Shown here in pieces: positions 40,500 through 50,797 of a stretch of 64,000 bases of DNA (position 1 is the stretch's first letter; every line of letters starts with the position of its first letter). Under the pieces are notes generated by a model. That model was not told the origin of the DNA. It did no database searches and worked only from the letters and a program-made list of their open reading frames with translations. Both the position numbers and the translations under genes were made by a program. Source of the DNA: Gemmatimonadota bacterium (lineage in GTDB: Bacteria; Gemmatimonadota; Gemmatimonadetes; Gemmatimonadales; GWC2-71-9); NCBI GenBank assembly GCA_039586365.1, contig JBDHKN010000035.1, positions 1 through 64,000 of the forward strand. The letters are read 5' to 3'.

Positions 40500-40671
40500 G
40501 CAATCCGTACTGAGCAGTTAGAATCGGTTCGATCGGCACCTGTATGTTGTTGTGCCCCGTCGCCTTGGGCAACCCTTACATGCGCATGTGCTACCACCCA
40601 CGTAGCCTCGCTAACATGACACGAGCCAACCGAGGCACACCTGGCCGTCCGGTGCAAGCAGTATCCAACGT

Positions 40672-41187
40672 TCAATGTTCGTAGCAGAAGGTCACGGCGA
40701 CATCTCCGTATCGCCGGGTCTCATCCCCGTGGCACTTCAGTGCGGCTGAGTGTTCCACACTCAACACGTTGGTAAAGGGGCGGGCATGGAACTGCGTCAG
40801 GAGGCGAAGAGCTTGATCAGTGGAATATGGCGGGTCTGCCAACACGATATCATAAGATCCCCCTCCTAGCCGTCCGACAAAACGAAGAGCGTCACCGCGG
40901 TAGATCCGTGTTACTGCGCTGACCCCGAGAACCGCCACGTTCGAGCGTATTGTTCTCACACAATCGGCTGACAGATCGACGAAATCCGCCTGCACAGCAC
41001 CTCGAGACAGAGCCTCCAGCCCCAGCACGCCCGATCCAGCGAACAGATCCAGCACACGTGCGCCGGGCAGTGATGGAGCGAGAATGCTGAGCCAAGCCTC
41101 GCGGACTCGTTCGGTCGTGACCCTGACTCTGCGATCGCTGGGTCGTTTGAGCCTGCGACCTTTGAACTGGCCGGCAACTATCCTCAC
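40672..41187 (-). CDS. rsmD: 16S rRNA m2G966 methyltransferase
   Basis: RIVAGQFKGR, LDLFAGSG, EALSRGA, DPPY; GTG overlaps the recJ stop. Confidence 0.94.
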   Translation of the reverse strand: MRIVAGQFKGRRLKRPSDRRVRVTTERVREAWLSILAPSLPGARVLDLFAGSGVLGLEALSRGAVQADFVDLSADCVRTIRSNVAVLGVSAVTRIYRGDALRFVGRLGGGSYDIVLADPPYSTDQALRLLTQFHARPFTNVLSVEHSAALKCHGDETRRYGDVAVTFCYEH

Positions 41188-42893
41188 TAATCCGCCGGCT
41201 TGATTTGGACAACTCGTGCTTGCAGAGTACTTCGGCCGCGCCACTCGTGCCGATCGAGCCGCAACGCTACGTCGACGGGCCTATGCCACCAACCCTGCTC
41301 GACCCTGTCCGCCCAGTCGAACCCGATTGCCGGCAGCTTCCCCGAGTCGTCTTCCAATGTGAACTTGAGGTGATTCGATCCCACCGTCTCAGGCGTCCTG
41401 GCGAAGGCACGTTCAACACCCAGGATCGGAGCAGGGTTTCCAGGACCGAAAGGTTCCAGGTGCCGTATGAGGCGTTCTAGCTCGGCGTCGAACGACGAGA
41501 CGTTGCCAACTATGTCGACCCGCTGGGTGGGTATCAGGTCTTCTGCAGACAGTTCTTGAGCGGCAACCTGGTTGAATACAGCACGAAACGGCTCCAAGCG
41601 ATCTCGTCTGAGTGTCAGGCCAGCTGCCGCACGATGCCCGCCCCACCGATCAAGGTGCTCGGCGCTGCGCCCCAATGCGTCGTGCAAATCGAAGCCCGGG
41701 ATGCTCCGCCCTGATCCTCTCCCCTCACTCCCTTCCAGGGCCACGAGTATGGTGGGCCGATGGTAGCGTTCTACGATTCTGGAAGCCACGATGCCTATCA
41801 CGCCCGGATGCCATCCCTCCCGCGCCAGTACAAGCCCACGCGAGCTTTCCAGATCAACGGTGCACTCGATGTCTTCGATGGCCTCCGCCAGTATCCTCTC
41901 GTCTAGCTCCTGCCGCCGAGCGTTGATAGTATCGAGTGAACGCGCGAGGTCATGTGCAGTGTGCTCGTCGTCGGTCAGCAGGAGACGAAGACCGTCCATA
42001 GCATCGCCAATCCGACCAGCCGCATTCAACCGGGGGCCCAAGACGAATCCAACCTGCCCTGCCCGAATCGGTTTGCCGGCGAGCCCTGTCACCTCAAGCA
42101 GTGCACGGAGACCCGGCCAGCGGGTTTGTTCCATCATCTTGAGACCGAATCGTACCAGTGTACGATTCTCGCCGACCAGGGGCACGATGTCCGCTACGGT
42201 AGCCATCGCGACCAAGTCGAGCACATGTAGCGGCGCGTTCTCAGCCAGGCCCAGTTCCATACAGACAGCCTGTGCCAACTTGAATGCAACTCCGGCACCG
42301 CAGAGTTCCTTGCTGAGAGAAGCACAGTCTTCGCGTCGCGGATTGACGACCGCATCGGCAGGAGGAAGCTCGCCCGGTAGATGGTGATCCGTTACAACCA
42401 CCGCCAGTCCAGCTTCCCTCGCCCGGGTCACCGTCTCATGGGCTGTAACGCCGCAGTCACAGGTAACCACCAAAGACGCACCGTTTTCAATGGCCGCTCT
42501 CAATCCGGCGGGCCCGAAGTCGTACCCATCGCGCAGCCGGTGTGGAACAAACGGAATCACCTCCGCACCCGCCAGGCGAAGTATCCGAGTTAGTAGTGCG
42601 GCAGCGCACTGGCCGTCTACATCGTAGTCACCGTGTACGAATATGCTCCGTCCCGCGCGCACCGTGTCGGCAATCAGCCTGGCAGCCTGCTGCATGTCCT
42701 TGAGGAGATACGGGTCACTCAGGCCACCGAGCGAGGGCCTCAGGAACACTTTGGCTTCCTGGGGAGAAGTGAATCCCCGCTGTATCAAGAGGGCGGCCAA
42801 CGTCGGCGGCAGGTTCAGGACGGTAGCTAGCGACCGGACTTCTGTCAGGTCCGCGGGTGGCACAATCTCCCAACGGGAATATCTCCGCATCAT
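41187..42893 (-). CDS. recJ: Single-stranded DNA exonuclease RecJ
   Basis: GDYDVDG, TDHH, ATVADIVPL, PRLNAAGR, GSGRS, GGH. Confidence 0.97.
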   Translation of the reverse strand: MMRRYSRWEIVPPADLTEVRSLATVLNLPPTLAALLIQRGFTSPQEAKVFLRPSLGGLSDPYLLKDMQQAARLIADTVRAGRSIFVHGDYDVDGQCAAALLTRILRLAGAEVIPFVPHRLRDGYDFGPAGLRAAIENGASLVVTCDCGVTAHETVTRAREAGLAVVVTDHHLPGELPPADAVVNPRREDCASLSKELCGAGVAFKLAQAVCMELGLAENAPLHVLDLVAMATVADIVPLVGENRTLVRFGLKMMEQTRWPGLRALLEVTGLAGKPIRAGQVGFVLGPRLNAAGRIGDAMDGLRLLLTDDEHTAHDLARSLDTINARRQELDERILAEAIEDIECTVDLESSRGLVLAREGWHPGVIGIVASRIVERYHRPTILVALEGSEGRGSGRSIPGFDLHDALGRSAEHLDRWGGHRAAAGLTLRRDRLEPFRAVFNQVAAQELSAEDLIPTQRVDIVGNVSSFDAELERLIRHLEPFGPGNPAPILGVERAFARTPETVGSNHLKFTLEDDSGKLPAIGFDWADRVEQGWWHRPVDVALRLDRHEWRGRSTLQARVVQIKPAD

Positions 42894-43609
42894 TCGTGGT
42901 CTGCGTTGTACACCAGCACTCCGCACGCTTCACACGGCTCAACAGACTGCCCTGCTTGGATCTGTTGACGCCGATGGAGGGGGACGGACGTAAAGCAGTG
43001 ACCACAGGCTCCGCCTCGCAACGGGTAAAGCGCTTGAGGAGCTCTGCCACGCAGGATCTTCTGATAGAGATCCAACAGATCGGGGCCAATCTGCTTGGCG
43101 GCTTCGTCTCGCTCCCTCCTCGCCTGCGCCAATTCAGCCTCGAGTTCGCTGGTTCGAGCAGCCAGCTCTTGCCTGGTCGGCTCCTGCGTTTCTCTCGTCT
43201 CCTGGACCTCTCGCTGCATCTCAGCGAGCCTGTGCTCTGCCTCCTGCACCTTGTCCGCTGAACGAATCCACTCGGCTTCCTCTTTCGCCAGCACGGTGCG
43301 AGCTAGGTCCAGCTCGGCCATGATGGTCGCGGCTTCCTTCGCTCCCCTCACCCACTCGAGTTTCTGCCGGCGCCGCTCCTGCATGACGCGATAGCTCTCG
43401 ATTCTTTCTTCCAGTTCGGCCCTGCGGACTTCTGCATCTCCGGCGTCCTTCTGGGCCAGCGCCAGTTGCTCTTCAGCCTGCGCCAGGGCAGTATCGAGTA
43501 CCTCGATCTCCGGCTGGAGTGCATTGAGTTGCTCTTCCACCATCATCACGGCTCGATCTTTCTCCTGCAGATTCAACAAGACCGCCAAATCAACCTGCAC
43601 CTGTGTCAC
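42890..43609 (-). CDS. Coiled-coil protein with C4 zinc ribbon (DUF164-type)
   Basis: Long coiled coil, then CGHC...CEACG. Confidence 0.88.
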   Translation of the reverse strand: MTQVQVDLAVLLNLQEKDRAVMMVEEQLNALQPEIEVLDTALAQAEEQLALAQKDAGDAEVRRAELEERIESYRVMQERRRQKLEWVRGAKEAATIMAELDLARTVLAKEEAEWIRSADKVQEAEHRLAEMQREVQETRETQEPTRQELAARTSELEAELAQARRERDEAAKQIGPDLLDLYQKILRGRAPQALYPLRGGACGHCFTSVPLHRRQQIQAGQSVEPCEACGVLVYNADHE

Positions 43610-45386
43610 CTCCTCGACGAATCACATTCCATTCGGATGTATTCAACTTCCGCGACTCTCGACTGAGCGCGGTCTTTTCTTCGAGCAGCCTGATCTTCTC
43701 GTCCTCGGCAGCTACGGCGATCTCCCGCGAGACCGCACGTTTCCTTTCCCGAAGAGGACGATTTTCCAAGCGGTTGAGTGCTCCCTCAACAATCGCGTCC
43801 ACGTTCCCTTCACCGAGTCCTTGATCGATCAGCCCCGCAACCAGCATTCGTTTGTTCCCTTCAGTGAAGCTCAGGAACTCGTGCGCTCTGGTGTCCGGTT
43901 CAGCACCCGCCACCAACTGTATCAACTCACCCTCCGGTTGATGCAGCGAACCTGTTTCGGGTACGAGGTCCCCAATCCGCTGGCGCCACTCCGGCGCGTG
44001 CAGCATGACACGCAGCAGTTCTCGTTCGGGTATCGCACGAGCGCTGGACGGGGTGGAGTCTGCCCGAGCTGCGCTTGCACGGCTGGTAGCGCTGACTGGA
44101 CCGGAGCCACGGCGTCCTGTTTCTGCCTCCCGGCGAACCGACTCCCCGGATACACCCAACGCCTCAGCCGTGCGGCTCACGTATAGATCACGCGTAACCG
44201 GATCGGCAGCAGCGCGGATAGTGGGTACGATCCGGTCGAGGGCCTTGCGGCGCCCCGACAGCGTGCCCAGCCACCCTTTGCGTTCCAGTAGCTGTAACTT
44301 CCGTTCGAGCACGTCGATGGCATCTTCCATGAGCTGCCGAATCACAGCCGCACCGCCTTGCTGAGCCAGGGTGTCGGGATCCTGTCCCAACGGAAGAGTT
44401 GCTATGGATACCCTCAATGAGGCCCGCAGGAACTCGTCGGCAGCCCGGAACGTCGCCCGCAAACCGGCTGGGTCACTGTCATACAGGAGCGTTACGTTCT
44501 TGGTGTACCGCTTGAGGACGTTAGCCTGATGTTCCGTGAGCGAGGTGCCCAAAGGGGCGACGACCTCCTCGATCCCCGCCTCTACGAGTCGCAGAACATC
44601 GAAATAACCTTCTACGATAACCGCCCGCTCTGCCCTACGAATCGCGTGCTTCGCTTCGTGCAGGTTGTAGAGTAGTCGGCCCTTGTGGAATAGCTGCGAT
44701 TCGGGTGAGTTGAGATACTTCGGTTCGCCCTCACCGAGTACCCGTCCGCCGAACCCCACAATACGGCCACGCAGGTCGTGGATGGGGAACAGCAATCGGT
44801 TCCAGAACCGGGGGCGTATGCTACCGTCCTCCCGCTTCACGGTGAGGCCCGCCTGCAGCAGGATCTCTCCGGTCACGCCGAGAGTCTTCATCGCGTCCAG
44901 GAACTCATTGCCTTTGGGCGAATAGCCCAAGCCCAGGGGGCCAGCCTTTTCCAATGGGACGCCTCGCTGCTCCAGATAGGTCCTCGCCGGACCAGCATCG
45001 TCCGCCTCGAGCAGCCTCCGGGTGAACCACTCCCCAGCCACTGACACTGCCGAGAACAGCGGCTCACGCGGGTCTGGTCCGCCGGTGGGCCGGTCAGGAA
45101 TCGAGATACCACAGCGGCGCGCCACCTCCCTGACTGCCGTGGGATACTCCATACCAAGACGCTTCATGAAGAAAGTGAAGACGTCTCCCGCCTCATGGCA
45201 CACGAAGCAGTAGAACATCTGCTTTCTCGGAATCACCGCGAAGTTGCGGTGTTTGCCGCCATGAAACGGACAAGGACCACGATAGTCCGTGCCGGTGCGC
45301 TTGAGCTCGACGTGTTCGCCGATGATCTCGACAATATCGGCGGTGTCGCGCACTCTCTCTACGAGTTCGTCAGGTATGCTGCTCAA
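43590..45386 (-). CDS. dnaG: DNA primase
   Basis: CPFH...CFVC zinc finger, GFGGR, KYLNSPE, VEGYFD, YDSDPAG, DPD. Confidence 0.97.
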   Translation of the reverse strand: MSSIPDELVERVRDTADIVEIIGEHVELKRTGTDYRGPCPFHGGKHRNFAVIPRKQMFYCFVCHEAGDVFTFFMKRLGMEYPTAVREVARRCGISIPDRPTGGPDPREPLFSAVSVAGEWFTRRLLEADDAGPARTYLEQRGVPLEKAGPLGLGYSPKGNEFLDAMKTLGVTGEILLQAGLTVKREDGSIRPRFWNRLLFPIHDLRGRIVGFGGRVLGEGEPKYLNSPESQLFHKGRLLYNLHEAKHAIRRAERAVIVEGYFDVLRLVEAGIEEVVAPLGTSLTEHQANVLKRYTKNVTLLYDSDPAGLRATFRAADEFLRASLRVSIATLPLGQDPDTLAQQGGAAVIRQLMEDAIDVLERKLQLLERKGWLGTLSGRRKALDRIVPTIRAAADPVTRDLYVSRTAEALGVSGESVRREAETGRRGSGPVSATSRASAARADSTPSSARAIPERELLRVMLHAPEWRQRIGDLVPETGSLHQPEGELIQLVAGAEPDTRAHEFLSFTEGNKRMLVAGLIDQGLGEGNVDAIVEGALNRLENRPLRERKRAVSREIAVAAEDEKIRLLEEKTALSRESRKLNTSEWNVIRRGGDTGAG

Positions 45387-47818
45387 GAGATGAACTCCAC
45401 CACTGTGACACCGCTGCCGCCCTGCTCTGCCGGCGCCAGTGTGAACCTCTTCACGCGGCCATCCCGCTGCAAAACCTCTCCCACCCGCGCCCTCAACACT
45501 CCTGTACCCTTGCCGTGGATGATCCTCAACCAGGGGAGGTCATCAGCCACCGCGTAATCGAGCGCGAGTATCACTGCCGCCTCCGCTTCGTCTCCCGTCA
45601 TGCCCCGGATGTCAATGTCGGAGGTGGCCGCAGGGACTTCGGGTTGGCGCATCATCGGACGGGATCGTTCGGGGGGCGAGGATACGGGACCGGTATCGGA
45701 CGTTGACGGCGGCACCTCCTGGATCTTCCCTTTGGCGCGATGCTCGGCCCGGATACCACCCGACCTAGCTAACTGCTCCCCACTCGCCGTCACTCTCCAT
45801 CCCTTCTTCGCCAACTGTTCCAGTTGTTTCAGCGCCTCCCCTTCCTCCTTCACTCCCGCTTCCACCAACCGGCGCGCTTCCTTTGCTGCCTTCTCTGTCG
45901 CTGCAGTGCGGGCGAGCCCCAGCGCCTCTTCAACACGACGCCGAGCCTGGAGCAGGAACTGGCGGGCTTGTTCTCTCCCATCTCGCTCGAGTTGACGCTC
46001 CTGCTCGCGGAGTCGCTGCTCCCTCCCCTCGAGAGACTCGCTGAAAACCGTGTTGTCGCGACGGAGTCTCTCGAGACGAGCCGCCTCAGCTGCCAACTCT
46101 TCCGCTTGGCCAGAGAGCTCGACTTCCTTTCGCTCCAAGTCGGCAAGTATGGCGTCGAGCGACCGAGCTTGTTCTGGCAGGAGCGCCTCGGCGCGTTCAA
46201 GCACCTCCACCGGCAAACCCAATCGACGGGCTATTGCCAAGCCAAACGAACGGCCAGGCTGGTCTTTGACGAAGCGGTACGTGGGCGCGAGCGTCTCCAT
46301 ATCAAACTGTAGCGAGCCGTTCACAATTCCTGCTGTCCGAGCTGCGAGATCTTTGAGGTCGCTCAAGTGAGTGGTTGCGATCGTAGTGCTACCACGGTCG
46401 TTTAGTGAAAGCAGCGTTGCACCTGCCAGCGCAGCTCCCTCCACCGGATCGGTGCCACCCCCCACTTCATCTAGCAACACCAAGGACCGGGAGTCTGCCG
46501 TGACAAGCACCTGCTTGATCTCGGCGACATGGGCGCTGAAGGTCGACAAGCTAGCCGCAATGGACTGGTGATCCCCAATGTCGACGAAGAAGTGATGAAA
46601 CACAGGTAACACGGTACCCGGACCCACGGGAGGGATGATCCCCGACTGCGCAAACGCGCTCAGGAGTCCCATAGCCTTGAGCAGCACGGTCTTGCCGCCC
46701 GCGTTGGGACCGCTGACCAGTAACGTGCGTTCGTTATCTGCCAATTGCAGCTCGAACGGAACCGGTTGTGACGACTCCGCCCGCAGCAACGGATGTACAC
46801 CTCGAGACACCTTCAGTTCGGACGGAGGTTCAACCATCGTCGGTGTGGTACCGTCCATCTCCACCGCGTAGCGGGCGCGGGCGTAGGTATCATCCACGCG
46901 CTCGCACATCAACAGGCCACGAGCCAGCTCGCCACCGTGGGGCCGCAGACGCCCGGTCAGCTCACGCAGTACTGCCAGCACAGCTCGAGCTTCCTGTGCC
47001 TCCCACGCATTCAACTCGTTGCCTAACTCTACCGCTTCGGGCGGCTCGACGAAGAGCGTCGCGCCGGAACTCGACTCTTCATGCACGATCCCTCTGACCC
47101 TGTTGCGGTCGTCGCGCCGGACTGGGATGACGTAGCGTCCCCCCCTTACCGTCACCTCCGCTCCGCTCACTTCCTGCCCGTACCGTCGCAGCTGCTGCTC
47201 CAAGAAAGCGACCAGCCTCGACCGGGTCTCTCTTACGCGCCGGCGGGCCTTGGCAAGCTCCGGTGACGCCTCGTCTTTCACCCGTCCATCCGGATCCAAC
47301 GATCGGGCTATCGCGGCCGCAATCTCTGCAGGAGGTACTTCCACCGCAAACGCAGCGACACGCGGTGCGTCGGGCGCGATGCGAAGCAGGCTGCCGCGGA
47401 CTGTGCGCATGCCTTCGATGGCCGACCCAACCGCGTTCAACTCCTCGGGCTCGAGAACGTTCCCGGGAACTGCGAGTTTCTCAACCACAGACGTGAGGTC
47501 CTGAACTGCTTCCGGCCTGAAGGGGTCGCCTGAATCCAGCAGGCGCTGCAGCTCGGCCACGGTGGCGAGTTCAGCTTCGATCCACTCCAAATACCGCTGG
47601 GGGACCCGCCTGCGGACCGACGCAGCTCCCAATTCCGAAACGGCATACCGGGCAACGGTTTCCAGCGCTGTCGTGAACTCCAGTTCTGCCAGAACTGCAG
47701 TCGTGGCCGATGCTGGAAAAGCGGAAGGGGTGCTGACAACCACAGTCGCCAACACCCCTGGTCGCTCTTCGGCCGGGCCCCTGTCTGTCATACGAAGCAG
47801 CCGTAATGCACCGTGCAT
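45383..47818 (-). CDS. mutS2: Endonuclease MutS2 with Smr domain
   Basis: SGPNAGGKT, DIGDHQSIAASLSTFS, LLDEVGGGTDP, IIHGKGTG; start may be downstream. Confidence 0.95.
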   Translation of the reverse strand: MHGALRLLRMTDRGPAEERPGVLATVVVSTPSAFPASATTAVLAELEFTTALETVARYAVSELGAASVRRRVPQRYLEWIEAELATVAELQRLLDSGDPFRPEAVQDLTSVVEKLAVPGNVLEPEELNAVGSAIEGMRTVRGSLLRIAPDAPRVAAFAVEVPPAEIAAAIARSLDPDGRVKDEASPELAKARRRVRETRSRLVAFLEQQLRRYGQEVSGAEVTVRGGRYVIPVRRDDRNRVRGIVHEESSSGATLFVEPPEAVELGNELNAWEAQEARAVLAVLRELTGRLRPHGGELARGLLMCERVDDTYARARYAVEMDGTTPTMVEPPSELKVSRGVHPLLRAESSQPVPFELQLADNERTLLVSGPNAGGKTVLLKAMGLLSAFAQSGIIPPVGPGTVLPVFHHFFVDIGDHQSIAASLSTFSAHVAEIKQVLVTADSRSLVLLDEVGGGTDPVEGAALAGATLLSLNDRGSTTIATTHLSDLKDLAARTAGIVNGSLQFDMETLAPTYRFVKDQPGRSFGLAIARRLGLPVEVLERAEALLPEQARSLDAILADLERKEVELSGQAEELAAEAARLERLRRDNTVFSESLEGREQRLREQERQLERDGREQARQFLLQARRRVEEALGLARTAATEKAAKEARRLVEAGVKEEGEALKQLEQLAKKGWRVTASGEQLARSGGIRAEHRAKGKIQEVPPSTSDTGPVSSPPERSRPMMRQPEVPAATSDIDIRGMTGDEAEAAVILALDYAVADDLPWLRIIHGKGTGVLRARVGEVLQRDGRVKRFTLAPAEQGGSGVTVVEFIS

Positions 47819-47928
47819 ACCAAGCGGCGTGTACTCGACCTGCGAGTCATACCTGCTAAGTGAGTCTGGAACACTTCGAACTGAACGACCGGAGAGCTAA
47901 TGCGCCTACTCACTCCTAGGAGGATACA

Positions 47929-48117
47929 CTAATACCTGTACGGGCGACGTCTCTTCCGTTTGGCGGCATTGATCTTCCTCTTGCGCCGCTCGCTCGGCTT
48001 TTCATAATGGCGGTGCTTACGAAGATCCGAGAGGATGCCAGCCTTCTCACATTTCTTCTTGAAACGGCGCAGCGCGCGCTCGAAGGACTCATCTTCGCTG
48101 ATCAGTACTTCCGCCAT
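47929..48117 (-). CDS. rpsU: 30S ribosomal protein S21
   Basis: [12 protein letters not shown]...YEKPS. Confidence 0.96.
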   Translation of the reverse strand: MAEVLISEDESFERALRRFKKKCEKAGILSDLRKHRHYEKPSERRKRKINAAKRKRRRPYRY

Positions 48118-48167
48118 CAATCTCCTGCCACTGGGACTCAAATGCGAAGAGGATACGCAGAATTCCC

Positions 48168-48196
48168 AATTTAGAACTGGCTCCGCCTAATCTCAA
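48168..48196 (-). promoter_or_regulatory. Sigma70-like promoter for rpsU
   Basis: TTGAGA-N17-TAAATT on the minus strand. Confidence 0.5.
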
Positions 48197-48202
48197 GGAG
48201 CA

Positions 48203-48547
48203 TCACCCTGGTGGCCACCTCATCACCCGCCCCCCCAACACGTGCGCGTGGAGGTGAAACACCGTCTGCCCCGCATCCGCATTCGTGTTGATTACAACTC
48301 GATAGCCACGCTCACCGAGGGCCTCATTGCTGGCGATCTTCTTGGCGAACAGCAGTAGCCCCCCCAGCGTGTCGGCCTCTTCGGCCTCGTTTAGCGACGT
48401 CACATGTTCGCGCGGGATGACCAGAACATGCGTTGGAGCCTGAGGATTGATGTCTCGGAAGGCAAAGAACTGGTCGTCTTGAGCAACTGGCGTCGCTGGG
48501 ATTTCGCCTGCAGCGATCTTGCAGAACAGACAGTCTGTCGCGGTCAC
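48203..48547 (-). CDS. Histidine triad (HIT/HinT) nucleotide-binding protein
   Basis: CLFCKI, AFRDINPQAPTHVLVIP, GQTVFHLHAHVLGG. Confidence 0.95.
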   Translation of the reverse strand: MTATDCLFCKIAAGEIPATPVAQDDQFFAFRDINPQAPTHVLVIPREHVTSLNEAEEADTLGGLLLFAKKIASNEALGERGYRVVINTNADAGQTVFHLHAHVLGGRVMRWPPG

Positions 48548-49695
48548 GCCCCGAAAGCCTCTTTCATTCGGTTCCAGATCCGTCGGCCGATACTGTCCTC
48601 CTCCGGAGGATCCCCCTCCAGATCGGAGAGCCGCTCGAACAGCTCCCTCAGTTCGGCAGTGAGCTTGGCAGGCGTCCACACCTGGACATGAACATGCAGT
48701 GTGCCACGCTTCCCCGAATTCAGATTGGGAAGTCCCTTCCCATGCTGCGGTAGAATGGTGCCCGATTGGGTTCCAGGAGGAACCTCTATCATCTCGTCAC
48801 CGTACGGAGTGGGGATGCTGAATTCTGCACCCAACGCTGCTTGGCTGAAGGCAACCTGAAGATTGTAAATCAGGTCGTCGCCATGTCGCTCGAACCGCGG
48901 GTCATCTTCCAACTCCAGCTCTACCAGTAAGTCGCCCGGGGGTCCATTTCGCGGCCCCGCAGCACCTTTTCCCCGCAGTGTGAGGTAGTTCTCGCGCGCG
49001 ACTCCGGGAGGTACCTCGATGTCCACCACCGACTCTGAGCGGACTCTGCCGTCACCACGACACTCCTCACAAGGTTCTGAGATGACCGTGCCATCTCCGT
49101 TGCAGCTCGGACAGGTCGTGACGGAAACGAGCTGACCGAACAGCGACTGCTGGGCACGACGGACCTCACCTACTCCACCGCAGGTTTGACACACGCGCGT
49201 GGAGCTGCTGGGTTCCGCTCCTGTTCCGTCGCAGCGTTTGCACTGCTGTAACGACTTGAGCTTTATCTTGCGTGTTGTCCCGTGCGCGATGTCCTCCAAA
49301 CCGAGGCGAAGCGATACACGGATGTCTTGACCGCGATGCCGAGTTCTCCTACCGCGCTGGCCTCCACCGAAGAACGCATCGAATCCACCCAAGTTGCCGA
49401 AATCGCGCATGAACATGCTGAGCGCTTCTGAAAGATCGAAGGGATGGAACCCGTAACCGCCAGCGGCACCACCCTTGAGACCGGCCATCCCATATCTGTC
49501 GTAAGCCGCGCGCTTCTGGGGATCGTTCAGAACGTCATACGCCTCGCTCACGTCCTTGAAACGCTCTTCCGCCTGTTTGGAGCCTTCATTTCTGTCCGGA
49601 TGGTACTGCATCGCCAGCTTCCGATACGCCTTCTTGATCTCGTCAGCCGACGCATCGCGCGAAACGCCAAGTGTCTGGTAGAAATCCTGTGTCAT
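48544..49695 (-). CDS. dnaJ: Chaperone DnaJ
   Basis: J domain with HPD, G/F region, four CxxCxGxG repeats. Confidence 0.97.
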   Translation of the reverse strand: MTQDFYQTLGVSRDASADEIKKAYRKLAMQYHPDRNEGSKQAEERFKDVSEAYDVLNDPQKRAAYDRYGMAGLKGGAAGGYGFHPFDLSEALSMFMRDFGNLGGFDAFFGGGQRGRRTRHRGQDIRVSLRLGLEDIAHGTTRKIKLKSLQQCKRCDGTGAEPSSSTRVCQTCGGVGEVRRAQQSLFGQLVSVTTCPSCNGDGTVISEPCEECRGDGRVRSESVVDIEVPPGVARENYLTLRGKGAAGPRNGPPGDLLVELELEDDPRFERHGDDLIYNLQVAFSQAALGAEFSIPTPYGDEMIEVPPGTQSGTILPQHGKGLPNLNSGKRGTLHVHVQVWTPAKLTAELRELFERLSDLEGDPPEEDSIGRRIWNRMKEAFGA

Positions 49696-49706
49696 CGCAG
49701 TTGGCG

Positions 49707-50741
49707 CTAGTGGACGAGGTCACTCATGAGACGGCTAGCGTGTTCCACCAGCGCAACGACCTTTCGGTAGGGCATCCGGGTCGGGCCCATGACGCCAATG
49801 ACGCCGGAGAGCGACCCGGACACATAGGTCGACGTGACCAACGTGAATTCGCTCAGCTTGGGGTTCAGGTTCTCGCCACCTATGGTAACGGTTAATCCGG
49901 GTCCGTTCCGCTGCTCCAGGGCCTTACGCAACGGATCTCGCTGTTCGGTCAGTTCCAGCAACGTGCGCATGCGGACGTTGGAGCTGAACTCAGGTTGGTC
50001 CGCCAACATCTGAGCGCTGCTTAGCACCACTGAACCGCTCTCAGATTCCTGGGAGTGAAACAGGGATTCGGCCTCTTCGACAAAGATGTTGAGGAGTTCA
50101 TGGCCTTGCGCTACCACCGAGGCGTCCTGTAGGCGTTCGCGCAGCGTTCTCCTGACTTCCAACAGTGTTTGTCCGGCCAGGCGCTCGTTGAGAACCCGAG
50201 CCAGACTGTCAAGTGCTTCACGCGGCAGTGCATTGCTGACCTCGACAAAGATGGTCTTGGCAGCACCACCCCTCAGCAGCAGGACGATCAAGATACGCTC
50301 AGCCGACACGCTCAGGAGTTCCAGCCGCTCCAGCAGGGCATCGTCAAATGAAGGTGCGACCGCAACACCGAGTTCTTGGGTGAGCACCCCCAATACCTGA
50401 GCAGCGTTCTTGAGGATGCCCTCAATGGCTGTGGCATCACTGCGAAGTTCCCGCAACAGCGCGTCCTGCTCCATCGGAGTCGGAGTCGAGCGTTCCATGA
50501 GACTGTCCACGTACACGCGGTAGGCCCGGTCCGTCGGTATCCGACCAGCAGACGTGTGCGGGTGATAGAGGTATCCGCGCTCCTCTAGGTCGCTCATCGT
50601 GTTTCGCACCGTGGCGGCGGACACTCCGAGCTTGAACCGTTTTGCTATGCTGCGCGACCCAGCAGGCTCCGCAGACTCAACGTAGCTCACGATGACCGCC
50701 TCAAGGACCTGCCGTTCGCGCTCAGTCAAATCATCCAGCAT
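49707..50741 (-). CDS. hrcA: Heat-inducible transcription repressor HrcA
   Basis: SAATVRNTMSDLE, PHTSAGRIPT, GVMGPTRMPY. Confidence 0.96.
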   Translation of the reverse strand: MLDDLTERERQVLEAVIVSYVESAEPAGSRSIAKRFKLGVSAATVRNTMSDLEERGYLYHPHTSAGRIPTDRAYRVYVDSLMERSTPTPMEQDALLRELRSDATAIEGILKNAAQVLGVLTQELGVAVAPSFDDALLERLELLSVSAERILIVLLLRGGAAKTIFVEVSNALPREALDSLARVLNERLAGQTLLEVRRTLRERLQDASVVAQGHELLNIFVEEAESLFHSQESESGSVVLSSAQMLADQPEFSSNVRMRTLLELTEQRDPLRKALEQRNGPGLTVTIGGENLNPKLSEFTLVTSTYVSGSLSGVIGVMGPTRMPYRKVVALVEHASRLMSDLVH

Positions 50742-50770
50742 ATTACTCCAAGTCATGATCGGACAATAAA

Positions 50771-50797
50771 TTAGCCACCTTTGCCCGAGGTGGTCAA
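50771..50797. promoter_or_regulatory. CIRCE-like 9-9-9 inverted repeat upstream of hrcA
   Basis: TTAGCCACC-N9-GGTGGTCAA, overlapping a TTGACC...TAATTT promoter-like sequence on the minus strand. Confidence 0.45.
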
